A stretch of DNA of 61,751 bases, filler included. It is 8 parts of 8 records of this genome, joined end to end, with 100 filler letters (N's around TTAATTAATTAA, not from the genome) between each part and the next. Parts side by side here need not be neighbours in the genome. Positions count along the whole stretch, not along the records: positions 1 to 6,424 come from SRR31156797_59382; positions 6,525 to 16,151 come from SRR31156797_59411; 6 more parts are not named here. The stretch is one strand, 5' to 3'. A model generated the notes under the pieces. That model did no database searches. It was not told the DNA's origin and saw only the letters and a program-made list of their open reading frames with translations. A program made the position numbers and the translations under genes. Positions 1-8,448 of the stretch are shown piece by piece. Numbering within the stretch: the first letter of the stretch is position 1; each line of letters opens with the position of its first letter.

Positions 1-795
1 GACGGCAATCTGGTTGTCGCCGCCGGGGTCAACGATGCCGATATCTACGCCCGGGGCAATGTCCGGGCCAAGTTTGTTCTCAAGTCCAGGATCGTTTGCC
101 TTGGGAATGTCTATATCGAAGCGGAGATCGTGGATTCCACCATCGAAAGCAGTGGTGCGTGCATCATTGAAAAAGGGGACATCATCAACTGTGAAATCAG
201 CGCCAAGATGGGCGTGACCGTGGAAAACGTGGACACCGGGATCTCCCGGTCCAGCACCATTACCCTGGGCCGTGACTCCTTTGTTGATGGGGAGCTGAAA
301 AAGATCCAGGAGGCGATCAAGGTTTGCAACAGTCAAATTGAACAGTTGAAACTTGAGCGGGAAATGCTTGTGGAAGAGATCGGGAAGCTCCATGAGCATT
401 CCCTTAAACTGGCCCATGAACTGGACCGGATTCAGGCGGAAGAGGGACGGACCGATGCCTTTCTCAAGTTGGAGGGGGCGCTGAACGACTGTTTTTCCGG
501 GATCGAGCGCCAGGAGATCGCCAGGGACGAGGCGGATCAGGAAATTTCCGATCTCGAGGAGAGGGTGGACGATCTCTCCTATGAGGCGGAGAACTTCAGG
601 GAGTGGAGCCGGGTCAATCCACCCAAATCCGTGATGGTGGTAGAGGGAAAATTGTATCCCGGGGTCACGGTGTATGGGCTTCACTCCAAAAAGATATTCA
701 AGGATAAGGTGAGTAAGTCAAAGATCTGCGAGTTTGTCGAACAGGATCCAACCGCCGACGCTCCAATATACAGGATCGCAAGCTATGAACGCTGA
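1..795 (+). CDS. FapA/DUF342-family protein, C-terminal part (5'-truncated by window edge)
   Basis: Frame is open from base 1 (DGNLVVAAGVNDADIYARGNVRAKFV...). Beta-helix-like G-N-V repeats are followed by a long coiled coil and a C-terminal 'V.G.LYPGV.V' motif typical of DUF342. Confidence 0.7.
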   Translation, partial: DGNLVVAAGVNDADIYARGNVRAKFVLKSRIVCLGNVYIEAEIVDSTIESSGACIIEKGDIINCEISAKMGVTVENVDTGISRSSTITLGRDSFVDGELKKIQEAIKVCNSQIEQLKLEREMLVEEIGKLHEHSLKLAHELDRIQAEEGRTDAFLKLEGALNDCFSGIERQEIARDEADQEISDLEERVDDLSYEAENFREWSRVNPPKSVMVVEGKLYPGVTVYGLHSKKIFKDKVSKSKICEFVEQDPTADAPIYRIASYER

Positions 796-2470
796 TTTCA
801 TAAGAAAGGTGAAGAAACAGAGGGACCGGTTTTTTCAGCGGCAGGTGCCCCGGCTCATGCAGGAGGGGGACAAGGGCCTGAAACCCCTCCATAAGTATGA
901 GCGCAACGACGATCAAAAGGTGGTGGTCTCCATCCAGGTGGTGGAAGCCTTCTTTTTCAAGCTGATGGGGGGTATGGGCTTTGTCAATGCGGACGATTAC
1001 CTGGGGCATCTGGGAAAGTTCCTGGAGATTTTCCGCCAGGGATCGGAAGCCTGCTCGTTTGACAATATCGCCATCATTCCTGAGCGGGAGATCCTGGAGG
1101 CGGAAAACCAGGTCAAGATCGACCTTTTGACCAAAAATCTCATCCGCGCCTATTTTAAATCCCTGGTCACCGAGCCGGACTCGGTCAACGACCTGCTGCT
1201 GGAGGATGGCTTCAAACTGCTGATCACGGTGGCAGGATTTGGGCAGGACAGTGATGCCATCGTCAGAAACGCCCTTGAGCGGCTCACAGGCAGCCTTGAA
1301 AATGGGAAGCAGTGGAAAGCCAGTATAGATGATATCAACAAAGCCTCCCTGGTGTGCCGCCTCCTGGGGACCAACCTGCCGGCCATCGCTAAACAGGTGC
1401 TGGATCCCATTATCCTGGAGATACGAAAGGAGCTGGCCGCCCATAACCAGATCCTTGGAAAGATTCTCAACGCCACGGACAAGCTCCACTCCCAGGGACT
1501 GGACAGGCAAAAACATGGAGCGGTGCAGGCCAAGCTGGACATGGCGACCGAGGGGCTGCTGCAAAAGCTCGACCAGTATCTTTCCCATGTCCTGCAGCTG
1601 ATGGGGGCGGTCAAGGCATCCTCCGCCGTCCTGTTTGGAAGGCTTGATGTCCCTTTGAAGGATAACCTTGTCAGGATGTTTTTTGACTACAGCCCGCCCG
1701 GTTCCACCGACCGGAACAACCTTGATGTCTCAAAGATGCGGTACCGGTTCAACATGCTGCTCAAGTATGAGAGCATTACCCGGTTTTGTCGGGAATTGCA
1801 GCATTCCCGGCAGCATCAGGAGCGGTTCCTCGATCTTTTCAGGCTCTGTTTTCAATCCCTGAAACAGGAGATCGCGGCCCTGTCAAAGCCGGCAGACTTT
1901 GATACGATTCGGTTCAAAACCGTTTGCCATGAAATGAAAAAAGCCCAGGATCGGCTCATCCTGGATTCGGACGCACTGCCCCATGAAAAGGACGCCATCC
2001 TGGATCCGTACCTTGCCGTTATTGAAACGTGCCGGCCTGAGCATCTAGAGTCCCTGATGTCGCTTTACAACGATCTTGTCCAGATCACCTGGGACCGGTC
2101 CAGGGAGGTTGGGGACCGGCTCCGGGATGTATTACTCCGGGGGTGTTTCAGTGCCCTTTCCGCATTTGAGATCGATGCCGACATGGATGACAAGTCCCTC
2201 GAGGCGAAGCTCCTTCAGCTGATTTACAGCTATTCGGGTCACTACAAGCCCCAGCGCTATTATTTCCAAATTTTTTTCAACACCTACCTGGGCCATGACG
2301 ACGGTTCCCCTTCCGAGCATCTGGCAGGGTTTATCAAAGCAAAGCCGAGGATCGCCAGGGCGCTTTTGGCCTTGTTTTCAAACCCCAGATATGTTTCGGA
2401 ACTGCTGCCCGAGAAACAGATGGAGATCGCAACGACCCTGCTGGCCTCTCCGGCTTTGAAAAAGAAGTAG
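785..2470 (+). CDS. Hypothetical all-alpha protein (~561 aa)
   Basis: Long ORF with host-like codon usage. The ATG at 785 overlaps the upstream stop (793-795). No recognisable motif. Confidence 0.75.
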   Translation: MNADFIRKVKKQRDRFFQRQVPRLMQEGDKGLKPLHKYERNDDQKVVVSIQVVEAFFFKLMGGMGFVNADDYLGHLGKFLEIFRQGSEACSFDNIAIIPEREILEAENQVKIDLLTKNLIRAYFKSLVTEPDSVNDLLLEDGFKLLITVAGFGQDSDAIVRNALERLTGSLENGKQWKASIDDINKASLVCRLLGTNLPAIAKQVLDPIILEIRKELAAHNQILGKILNATDKLHSQGLDRQKHGAVQAKLDMATEGLLQKLDQYLSHVLQLMGAVKASSAVLFGRLDVPLKDNLVRMFFDYSPPGSTDRNNLDVSKMRYRFNMLLKYESITRFCRELQHSRQHQERFLDLFRLCFQSLKQEIAALSKPADFDTIRFKTVCHEMKKAQDRLILDSDALPHEKDAILDPYLAVIETCRPEHLESLMSLYNDLVQITWDRSREVGDRLRDVLLRGCFSALSAFEIDADMDDKSLEAKLLQLIYSYSGHYKPQRYYFQIFFNTYLGHDDGSPSEHLAGFIKAKPRIARALLALFSNPRYVSELLPEKQMEIATTLLASPALKKK

Positions 2471-2500
2471 GGCATCCGGGGCGTGCGGCACCGCTGGTCC

Positions 2501-3313
2501 CTATCGCAGCCTGAATTCGACCCTGCTTTTCCGCCCGGAGCGTTGGACAATCACCCCGTCCTCCATGATCCTGACAAGGCGAAAGCCTTCCACGGTCTGT
2601 CCCTCCCGGACAATGACGCTGTTGATCACGGCCAGCCGCTCGTCTGCCTGCCGGGACCATGAGATGGCGTTGATCTTCAGCCGTCCGTCCTCAAGAAGGG
2701 GGATCTCCTTGTCACGGGCCTGGGCCTTCTCCACCACGGCGGCTTCCCTGCCCGGGAGAGGCTGGGGCGGCGTTTCCGGTTTTTCCGGTACCTCTGCCGT
2801 TTCAGTTCCCCTGGTCATTTCCGACCTCTCAGTATTGCTAACCATCTTCGCCATCTCCGGCGTCTTCGCCGTTCCGGTCATCTTTGGCATGGCCGGTGTT
2901 ACGGTTTCCCGGAGAGGGGCCTCAACTGGCCTGGCCGGGGGGACGGCCACGGGGCGCTTTGGCTTTCGGACCGGCGCTTGGGCTGTCTTTTGGGGGCCGG
3001 TTTCGGCTGGCTGGGCCTTTACCTTTTCCAGAGCCGGTTGCATGGGGGTGACCATGGGTGTTTTTTTTGTGCTTGGCCTTTCCCCTTGGAACCGGCCTGT
3101 GATCAGGGCAAATAATAAAAAGCCCCCCAGGAGCAGGAGTGCGAGTAACACCGCCCATGGCAAGTGGGGGATGCCTCCGATGGTCCGGGCGTTCTTTTGC
3201 TTCCAGAGGTGTCTTTCCTGCCGGAGGTGGATGTTGAGGGCAGGGGGATGTTCCGTCTCTTCTGCCGGGGATTCCTGCTCCAGTTTTTTCAAGGCGTTTA
3301 ATATGGTACTCAC
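2501..3313 (-). CDS. gspB: GspB/ExeB-like type II secretion accessory protein
   Basis: N-terminal MSTILNALKKLEQE, one TM helix, Pro-rich linker, C-terminal 'INAISWS...RLAVIN..IVREGQ.VEG..LVRI..DGV' domain. Lies directly downstream of exeA. Confidence 0.75.
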   Translation of the reverse strand: MSTILNALKKLEQESPAEETEHPPALNIHLRQERHLWKQKNARTIGGIPHLPWAVLLALLLLGGFLLFALITGRFQGERPSTKKTPMVTPMQPALEKVKAQPAETGPQKTAQAPVRKPKRPVAVPPARPVEAPLRETVTPAMPKMTGTAKTPEMAKMVSNTERSEMTRGTETAEVPEKPETPPQPLPGREAAVVEKAQARDKEIPLLEDGRLKINAISWSRQADERLAVINSVIVREGQTVEGFRLVRIMEDGVIVQRSGRKSRVEFRLR

Positions 3314-3316
3314 AGC

Positions 3317-5029
3317 TTAATCCAAGTTCCTTAAATGTGGGGTTGAAAACGAGGGCTTCCGGTTGTAGAGAACGATCTTAGTCATGGGGCCTGCCAGGCC
3401 GTCCATGTTCAGGCCGTTGTCGGACTGGACCCGTTTGATGGCCCTTTGGACCGCCTCGTCGTAATCGGGCGTGAGGTCGATCCCTGGAAATCCAAGCTCT
3501 CTCAAGAACAGCTTGAGGTTGATCTTGGCGGTCCTGGGGGAGAGCCTGGAGATGATGCCGTTGTAGCCGAGCCGCTCCTTGTAGGCGATGTAGGCCTCTT
3601 TTCCCACAAGGGGTAACAGCGTCTCAAAGCTCACCGAGAATTCTTTTTCATTCTCCCCTGCGACAATGACGCAAGTTTGGTCGTCGGTGATTCGGATCAT
3701 TGCAAGGTACCCCTTTGTTTCCTGGCCGGGGAGGTGATAGGGAAGGATCACGGGCAGGTTCAAGGTCTCCACCAGGGGGAAGTCCTCCCGCACCCGGATT
3801 ATCTCAAGTCCTTCGTTGATGGCGGCGAGTCTGAAGAAATCGTAATCCCCGGGTATCTCCCTGACCAGGGGGGGGACTGGCGCGGCGGGTTTGCCGTTCC
3901 ACAGGGGAATCACCTTATAAAAAGCCGCTTCCCGGGTGGCATTCACTGCCTGGTCTGCCAGGTAGGTGTGGATGGTTGTGGGGATCTCTTTTCCCGGGGA
4001 CGCAAGGGCCGGCGGTTCCTGGATCATCGGTTCGATCTTGACAGAGACCGGCGGGTGCGCTTCAACCTTCGGGGATGCCGTTTCGGCAGGGGTAAGGGCG
4101 GGCAACAGGGACGTTACCCTGGCCGGTGAGAACCGGAACAGGGCGATCAGGGCGATGGCAAGGATCAGGGCCGTTGCGGTGATGCGTTTGCCCCGGGCCG
4201 GAGGGGTGCCCGTGTGGCGCCGTCCCCGGGTGGTCAGCTCCTTGATGGCAAGTTTTGTCAGGGAGCGTGTGACCCGGGGCCGGTTGAGGCTGTAGGCGGC
4301 CACCAGGGCACGGTCGCAGGCGATGTTGACCAGCCGCGGAATCCCTCCTGAGTGGTCGTAGATGACGTTCTGGGCGCTCCGGGTGAACAGGGGGGTGGCC
4401 CGCCGGGCTGCCACGTGGATCCGGTGGTCGATGTAATTCCGGGTTTCTTTCCGGGTCATGGGCAGCAGGCGGCAGCTCAGGTTGATCCGTTGGCCCAGCT
4501 GGCGAAGGGCGTAGGAGTTTAAAAGCTCCCCCAGTTCCGGCTGGCCTACCAGGATGATCTGCAGCAGCTTGTTTTTCGTGGTCTCCAGGTTGGAAAGCAT
4601 CCGCAGCTGCTCCAGGGTGTCGATGCTTAAGTTCTGGGCCTCGTCGATCAGCAGGATCACCGATCGGCCCTTGGCCCGTTTTTCAACGAGGAACGCGTTG
4701 AGGTGCGCGATGAGCTCGGTGGGGGTGCTGGCGGTGGCGTCGATGCCAAGCTCGCTGTTGATCGCCCGCAACAGGCCCAGGGCGTCGATCCGGGTGTTGA
4801 AGATAAAGGCCACCTCGACATCCGGACCCAGGCTTTCCAGAAAGACACGGCAGAGGGTGGTCTTGCCCGTGCCCACTTCGCCGGTGATCTCCACAAATCC
4901 GTCCCCCTGGGTGGTGGCGTAGGTGAGATGGGCCAGTGCCTCTTCATGGCTTTTGCCCAGAAAGAGGAACTCGGGGTTGGGAACCAGTTTGAAAGGTTTT
5001 TCCCTAAAACCGAAAAAAGCGTTGTACAT
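3317..5029 (-). CDS. exeA: ExeA/GspA-family AAA ATPase with C-terminal peptidoglycan-binding domain
   Basis: MYNAFFGFREKPF start, Walker A GEVGTGKT, Walker B LLIDEAQ, LVGQPEL, SGGIPRLVN, a TM segment, and a C-terminal 'Q...GL..DGLAGP.T' PG-binding motif. Confidence 0.85.
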   Translation of the reverse strand: MYNAFFGFREKPFKLVPNPEFLFLGKSHEEALAHLTYATTQGDGFVEITGEVGTGKTTLCRVFLESLGPDVEVAFIFNTRIDALGLLRAINSELGIDATASTPTELIAHLNAFLVEKRAKGRSVILLIDEAQNLSIDTLEQLRMLSNLETTKNKLLQIILVGQPELGELLNSYALRQLGQRINLSCRLLPMTRKETRNYIDHRIHVAARRATPLFTRSAQNVIYDHSGGIPRLVNIACDRALVAAYSLNRPRVTRSLTKLAIKELTTRGRRHTGTPPARGKRITATALILAIALIALFRFSPARVTSLLPALTPAETASPKVEAHPPVSVKIEPMIQEPPALASPGKEIPTTIHTYLADQAVNATREAAFYKVIPLWNGKPAAPVPPLVREIPGDYDFFRLAAINEGLEIIRVREDFPLVETLNLPVILPYHLPGQETKGYLAMIRITDDQTCVIVAGENEKEFSVSFETLLPLVGKEAYIAYKERLGYNGIISRLSPRTAKINLKLFLRELGFPGIDLTPDYDEAVQRAIKRVQSDNGLNMDGLAGPMTKIVLYNRKPSFSTPHLRNLD

Positions 5030-5058
5030 GGTGACGTCCCCTGGAATGGTTCATGGTT

Positions 5059-6201
5059 TCAGGCCTTGAGTTTAAACAGAAAGGGCAGGGCGCCAAGCCC
5101 TGCCAGGGCCGATATCAGATACATGGTGTCAAGGCCGGTATGGTCGCCGATGATGCCCACGGCGATGATGGTGAAGGACCGGACCACAAAGGAGACCATC
5201 ATGAAGAGGCCGTTGGCCGCGGCCGGGCTCTCTTTGCCGGTCTCCTGGACAATGGCCAGCATCACCGGGGTGGTGGCAAGGATGAAAAAGCCCGTTGCAA
5301 GGAGCATGGCAAACCGGATAACGCCCGTTGTGGTCACAAACCCGAACAGGGCGAAGGGGGCGGCGGCAAGGGCGATGAAAAGGATGCGCTTCCGGCCCAT
5401 GCGGTCGCTCAGGGTGCCGCTCACAAGGACTCCCGCCACTCCCATGGCCTCGTAACAGGCCAGGGCGGACCCCGCCAGCCAGAGGTTGCCGGTCTGCTGC
5501 TCCACATAGACCGGGAGAAACACGGCCATGGCCGAGTGCATGAAGGCCCGGGCCGTGAGAATGCCGGACAGGGGAACCAGTACGGGCTTAAGGGTGGCAA
5601 AGGCCAAAGCGAGGGAACGGTTGGCCGTGCCCCTGGTCTCGATTTCCACCGTACCGAGGCGGAAGTAGAGCATGACGGAGGTGAGGACGGCAAAGAGCAT
5701 CACCGGGAAGAAGGTCTCCAGGCCGAACAGGGAGACACAGCCGACGCCGATCAGGGGCCCCATCATCCGGGCGCTCTCTCCGCCGGCCATGTAGAAGCTC
5801 ATGCCCCGTCCCCTGTTGCTGCCCGATACCTGGGCGATGAGGACCGGGGCGGGCACATGGAAGAGGGCGACGCTGGTGCCGGCCATAAAAAAGAGGACGA
5901 GAAGGGCGTGGAACGATCCCGCGTTGCCCATGAGGCTCATGGGCACGGCCGTGAGGGTGGGGGCCAGGATCACCAGCCATCGTGCCAGGCCTTTCCTGTC
6001 CGCAATGGCGCCGATCACAGGGTTGAACAGGGAGGGCAGCTGGAGCATGGTGGTGAGGAAACCGGCCTGGCCCAGGCTGATGCCGAGTTTGTCGATGATC
6101 AGGGGCAGGAGCGGGGCCACAAAGCTTGTGTAGATGTCATGGACGAAGTGGGAAAACGACAGGAGAAGGACGTTGGCGGTCTGGAATCGTTCTGTTTTCA
6201 T
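5059..6201 (-). CDS. MFS transporter (Fsr/fosmidomycin-resistance-like)
   Basis: About 12 hydrophobic segments, 'HFVHD.Y...PLLP', G.IADRKG and G.LSDRMGRK MFS motifs. An AAGGAG RBS precedes the ATG at 6201. Confidence 0.85.
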   Translation of the reverse strand: MKTERFQTANVLLLSFSHFVHDIYTSFVAPLLPLIIDKLGISLGQAGFLTTMLQLPSLFNPVIGAIADRKGLARWLVILAPTLTAVPMSLMGNAGSFHALLVLFFMAGTSVALFHVPAPVLIAQVSGSNRGRGMSFYMAGGESARMMGPLIGVGCVSLFGLETFFPVMLFAVLTSVMLYFRLGTVEIETRGTANRSLALAFATLKPVLVPLSGILTARAFMHSAMAVFLPVYVEQQTGNLWLAGSALACYEAMGVAGVLVSGTLSDRMGRKRILFIALAAAPFALFGFVTTTGVIRFAMLLATGFFILATTPVMLAIVQETGKESPAAANGLFMMVSFVVRSFTIIAVGIIGDHTGLDTMYLISALAGLGALPFLFKLKA

Positions 6202-6233
6202 CGGCTCCTTTTGCAACCTGGGTGATGGAGGGG

Positions 6234-6271
6234 AAAAAGGGCCGGAGCCACGGGGACTCCGGCCCTTTCTT
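6234..6271 (-). terminator. Intrinsic terminator downstream of glnA
   Basis: 12-bp inverted repeat AAAGGGCCGGAG / CTCCGGCCCTTT with T-rich flanks, just past the glnA stop. Confidence 0.75.
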
Positions 6272-6294
6272 GTGCCGGTACCTGCTAATGTACC

Positions 6295-6424
6295 TTAAAT
6301 GTCGTAGTAGAGGTAGAATTCATGGGGATGGGGGCGCCGGCTTACCTCCGCGGCCTCGTTCTCCCGTTTGTACTTGATCCATTTCTCCACTGCGTCCTTG
6401 GTGAAGACATCGCCCTTGAGCAGG
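6295..6424 (-). CDS. glnA: Glutamine synthetase type I, C-terminal 42 aa (partial; absent from ORF track)
   Basis: Manual translation gives [42 protein letters not shown], the characteristic GS-I C-terminus. Confidence 0.85.
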
Positions 6425-6524
6425 NNNNNNNNNNNNNNNNNNNNNNNNNNNNNNNNNNNNNNNNNNNNTTAATTAATTAANNNNNNNNNNNNNNNNNNNN
6501 NNNNNNNNNNNNNNNNNNNNNNNN
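6425..6524. other. Artificial contig spacer
   Basis: N44-TTAATTAATTAA-N44; the linker places stops in all six frames. Confidence 0.98.
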
Positions 6525-7463
6525 TTGGCCCGCCTCGCTTTCGACATGGGCAATTTTCGGGGCCAGGTCCATGAGTTTGCGAATAGCCGCCGAAGCCTGG
6601 CCCTTGGCCCGGGCTTCCAAAAGCTTGCCCAGCTTGATCAAGGTTATGATTAAGGCGGAGGTTTCAAAATATACATGCGCCCCTAGACCGGGAACGAGCA
6701 GCACGGCCGCTGAGTAAAAATATGCGGACGATGAGCCCAGGGCCACTAGGACATCCATATTTGCCGATTTGTTTTTCAGGCTCTTCCATCCGCCGATATA
6801 GAATCCCCAGCCGGTGTAGAACTGGACCGGAGTGGCCAGGGCGAAAAAAAGCCAGTTAACCCAGGCCGCATGAGACCATTCACCCAAAAGAAAAAAGTCC
6901 CGTCCCATGCTAAGGGTAAAAAGAGGGGCCGTGAAAAGAAGACCTACCAGAAAGTAACGTTTCTGAGCCTTTAACTCGCGGTCGCGGGCCGCTTGCTCGG
7001 CATCCTCGGCTTCATCCTCCTCGTCCGTAACAATCAGTTCGAACCCGGCTTCCTGGACTGCGGCGGCCATGGCTTGCGGACCGGTTTCGCCGGGATTGTA
7101 TTCCACAACAGCCGTTTCCGCTGCAAAGTTCACTACCGCGGATGTTACTCCAGGCACGTTTTCGTTAAGGGTCTTTTCCACCGCAGCGGCGCAACGGGCG
7201 CAGCTCATCCCGACCACCGGCAGCTCTATGCTCTTGGTTTTAGCAGGTAATACAACTTCGTATCCCGCATCCTCAACCAGCCTGGCCAGATCCGAAAGAT
7301 CGATTACTTCCGGATTATATTCCACTGTTGCGGTCTCGCTTGCAAAATTAACATTGGCCGACTTCACTCCCGGACCGCTGTCGCGAAGCGCTCGCTCCAC
7401 CGCATTGGCGCAGTTGGCGCAGGACATGCCTACGATGGGAAGTTCTACCTGTTGCTCAGCCAT
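6525..7463 (-). CDS. copA: Cu(I)-translocating P1B-type ATPase, N-terminal part (3'-truncated)
   Basis: Two HMA domains (GMSCANC, GMSCARC), plus NMDVLVALG, YFETSA and LGKLLEARAKG motifs. Confidence 0.9.
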
Positions 7464-7572
7464 GGATCTCCTCCCGGATTTGATTAACAGGGATCATATT
7501 CAACAACATTATTCAGCCCTACCTCAAGTTACGTTTCTAAAGTAAAATATAATCATAAACCTTGAATTGTCA

Positions 7573-7956
7573 TCAGGCCGACTCAATTTCATCCCTCATC
7601 CGGTAATAATCGTCCTGGCCGATTTCGCCATTGGCATATCTTTCCTTCAATATGGCCAGGGCATTGTCCGCGGCCGCTATCTCCCGGTCGCCCTCCCTAC
7701 CGCCTTGTATTATCCATTTAAAAAGCAATATCAACCCGGTAGCAACGGCGCTCCAGAATACGATCATAATCAAGCCGCCAAAACCTCCATGGAAGAATCC
7801 GTTAAACATCCCGTCGCCCCATCTCCCGTGACCATAAGCCAGGGCAATGGAAGGGATTGCCAAAAACGCCGCGGCAAGCGCCGCCGCCGGGATCAAGCTA
7901 TTCCAGTATGTTAAGCTATTTTTCCTTTGCATCTGCATTACTCCTGTTTTGCGCAT
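7573..7956 (-). CDS. Small membrane protein with C-terminal SHOCT domain
   Basis: Signal-like N-terminus, Gly/His/Met-rich segment, TM helix, and the SHOCT motif 'ALAILKERYANGEI..DDY..MR'. Start codon uncertain (7956, 7938 or 7932). Confidence 0.8.
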   Translation of the reverse strand: MRKTGVMQMQRKNSLTYWNSLIPAAALAAAFLAIPSIALAYGHGRWGDGMFNGFFHGGFGGLIMIVFWSAVATGLILLFKWIIQGGREGDREIAAADNALAILKERYANGEIGQDDYYRMRDEIESA

Positions 7957-8060
7957 GCTTTCAATAAATCTATTAAAAAAATCGATCCTTCAAACATATT
8001 TGTGAACTTGCACTAGTTGATAATTACTTATCTCCAATTTCCATTCCTGTTTAGTTGCAA

Positions 8061-8077
8061 AGCATATAATGCGCCAA
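8061..8077 (-). promoter_or_regulatory. Sigma-54 (-24/-12) promoter for the SHOCT-copA operon
   Basis: Minus strand reads TTGGCGCATTATATGCT, with exact GG-N10-GC spacing, about 105 nt upstream of the SHOCT gene. Confidence 0.65.
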
Positions 8078-8161
8078 AACAATTAATTCTATTAACATAC
8101 TGTTAACAATACATAATATCACTTTTTTAATAACTATTAATTCCATTTTGAGTGTTAAAAT

Positions 8162-8202
8162 ATCATCCAATCACGTTTTAAAGCGTAAATGAATCATCCA
8201 AT
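8162..8202. repeat. Direct repeat ATCATCCAAT x2 (candidate enhancer-binding-protein sites)
   Basis: Copies at 8162-8171 and 8193-8202, 31 bp apart, 85-125 bp upstream of the -24 element. Confidence 0.5.
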
Positions 8203-8448
8203 GTTGAATTGCCGGTTGCAGTGATTACCAGGGGTTTTGCTCGGAATAATCCCAAATAACCATTAATCGGATTTATGATATTTCTGGAAGGCGGATTTTT
8301 AGGTATCTATTTTTTTCCGTGTTTTCAATATAAGGGACAAGAAAGAAGACTACCGCCGAAGCGGTTGTAACTATTGGTATATGCTAAAATTATTAATGGA
8401 AGTATGTTTGGAGGGTAAATTAGCCCCTATTGTTGGAAGCGACTTTGC

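Noticed and set aside
698-6225. Long antisense or alternate-frame ORFs (e.g. 698-1588, 2565-3320, 5053-6225; likewise 36401-37381, 37608-38717, 51750-52910)
   Set aside because: They are shadows of well-supported genes in GC-rich DNA and have no motifs of their own.
6469-6480. TTAATTAATTAA recurring seven times, as a possible biological repeat
   Set aside because: It is always centred in an identical N-run and gives stops in all frames, so it is a synthetic linker. ORF-track entries running into X residues are artefacts of it.
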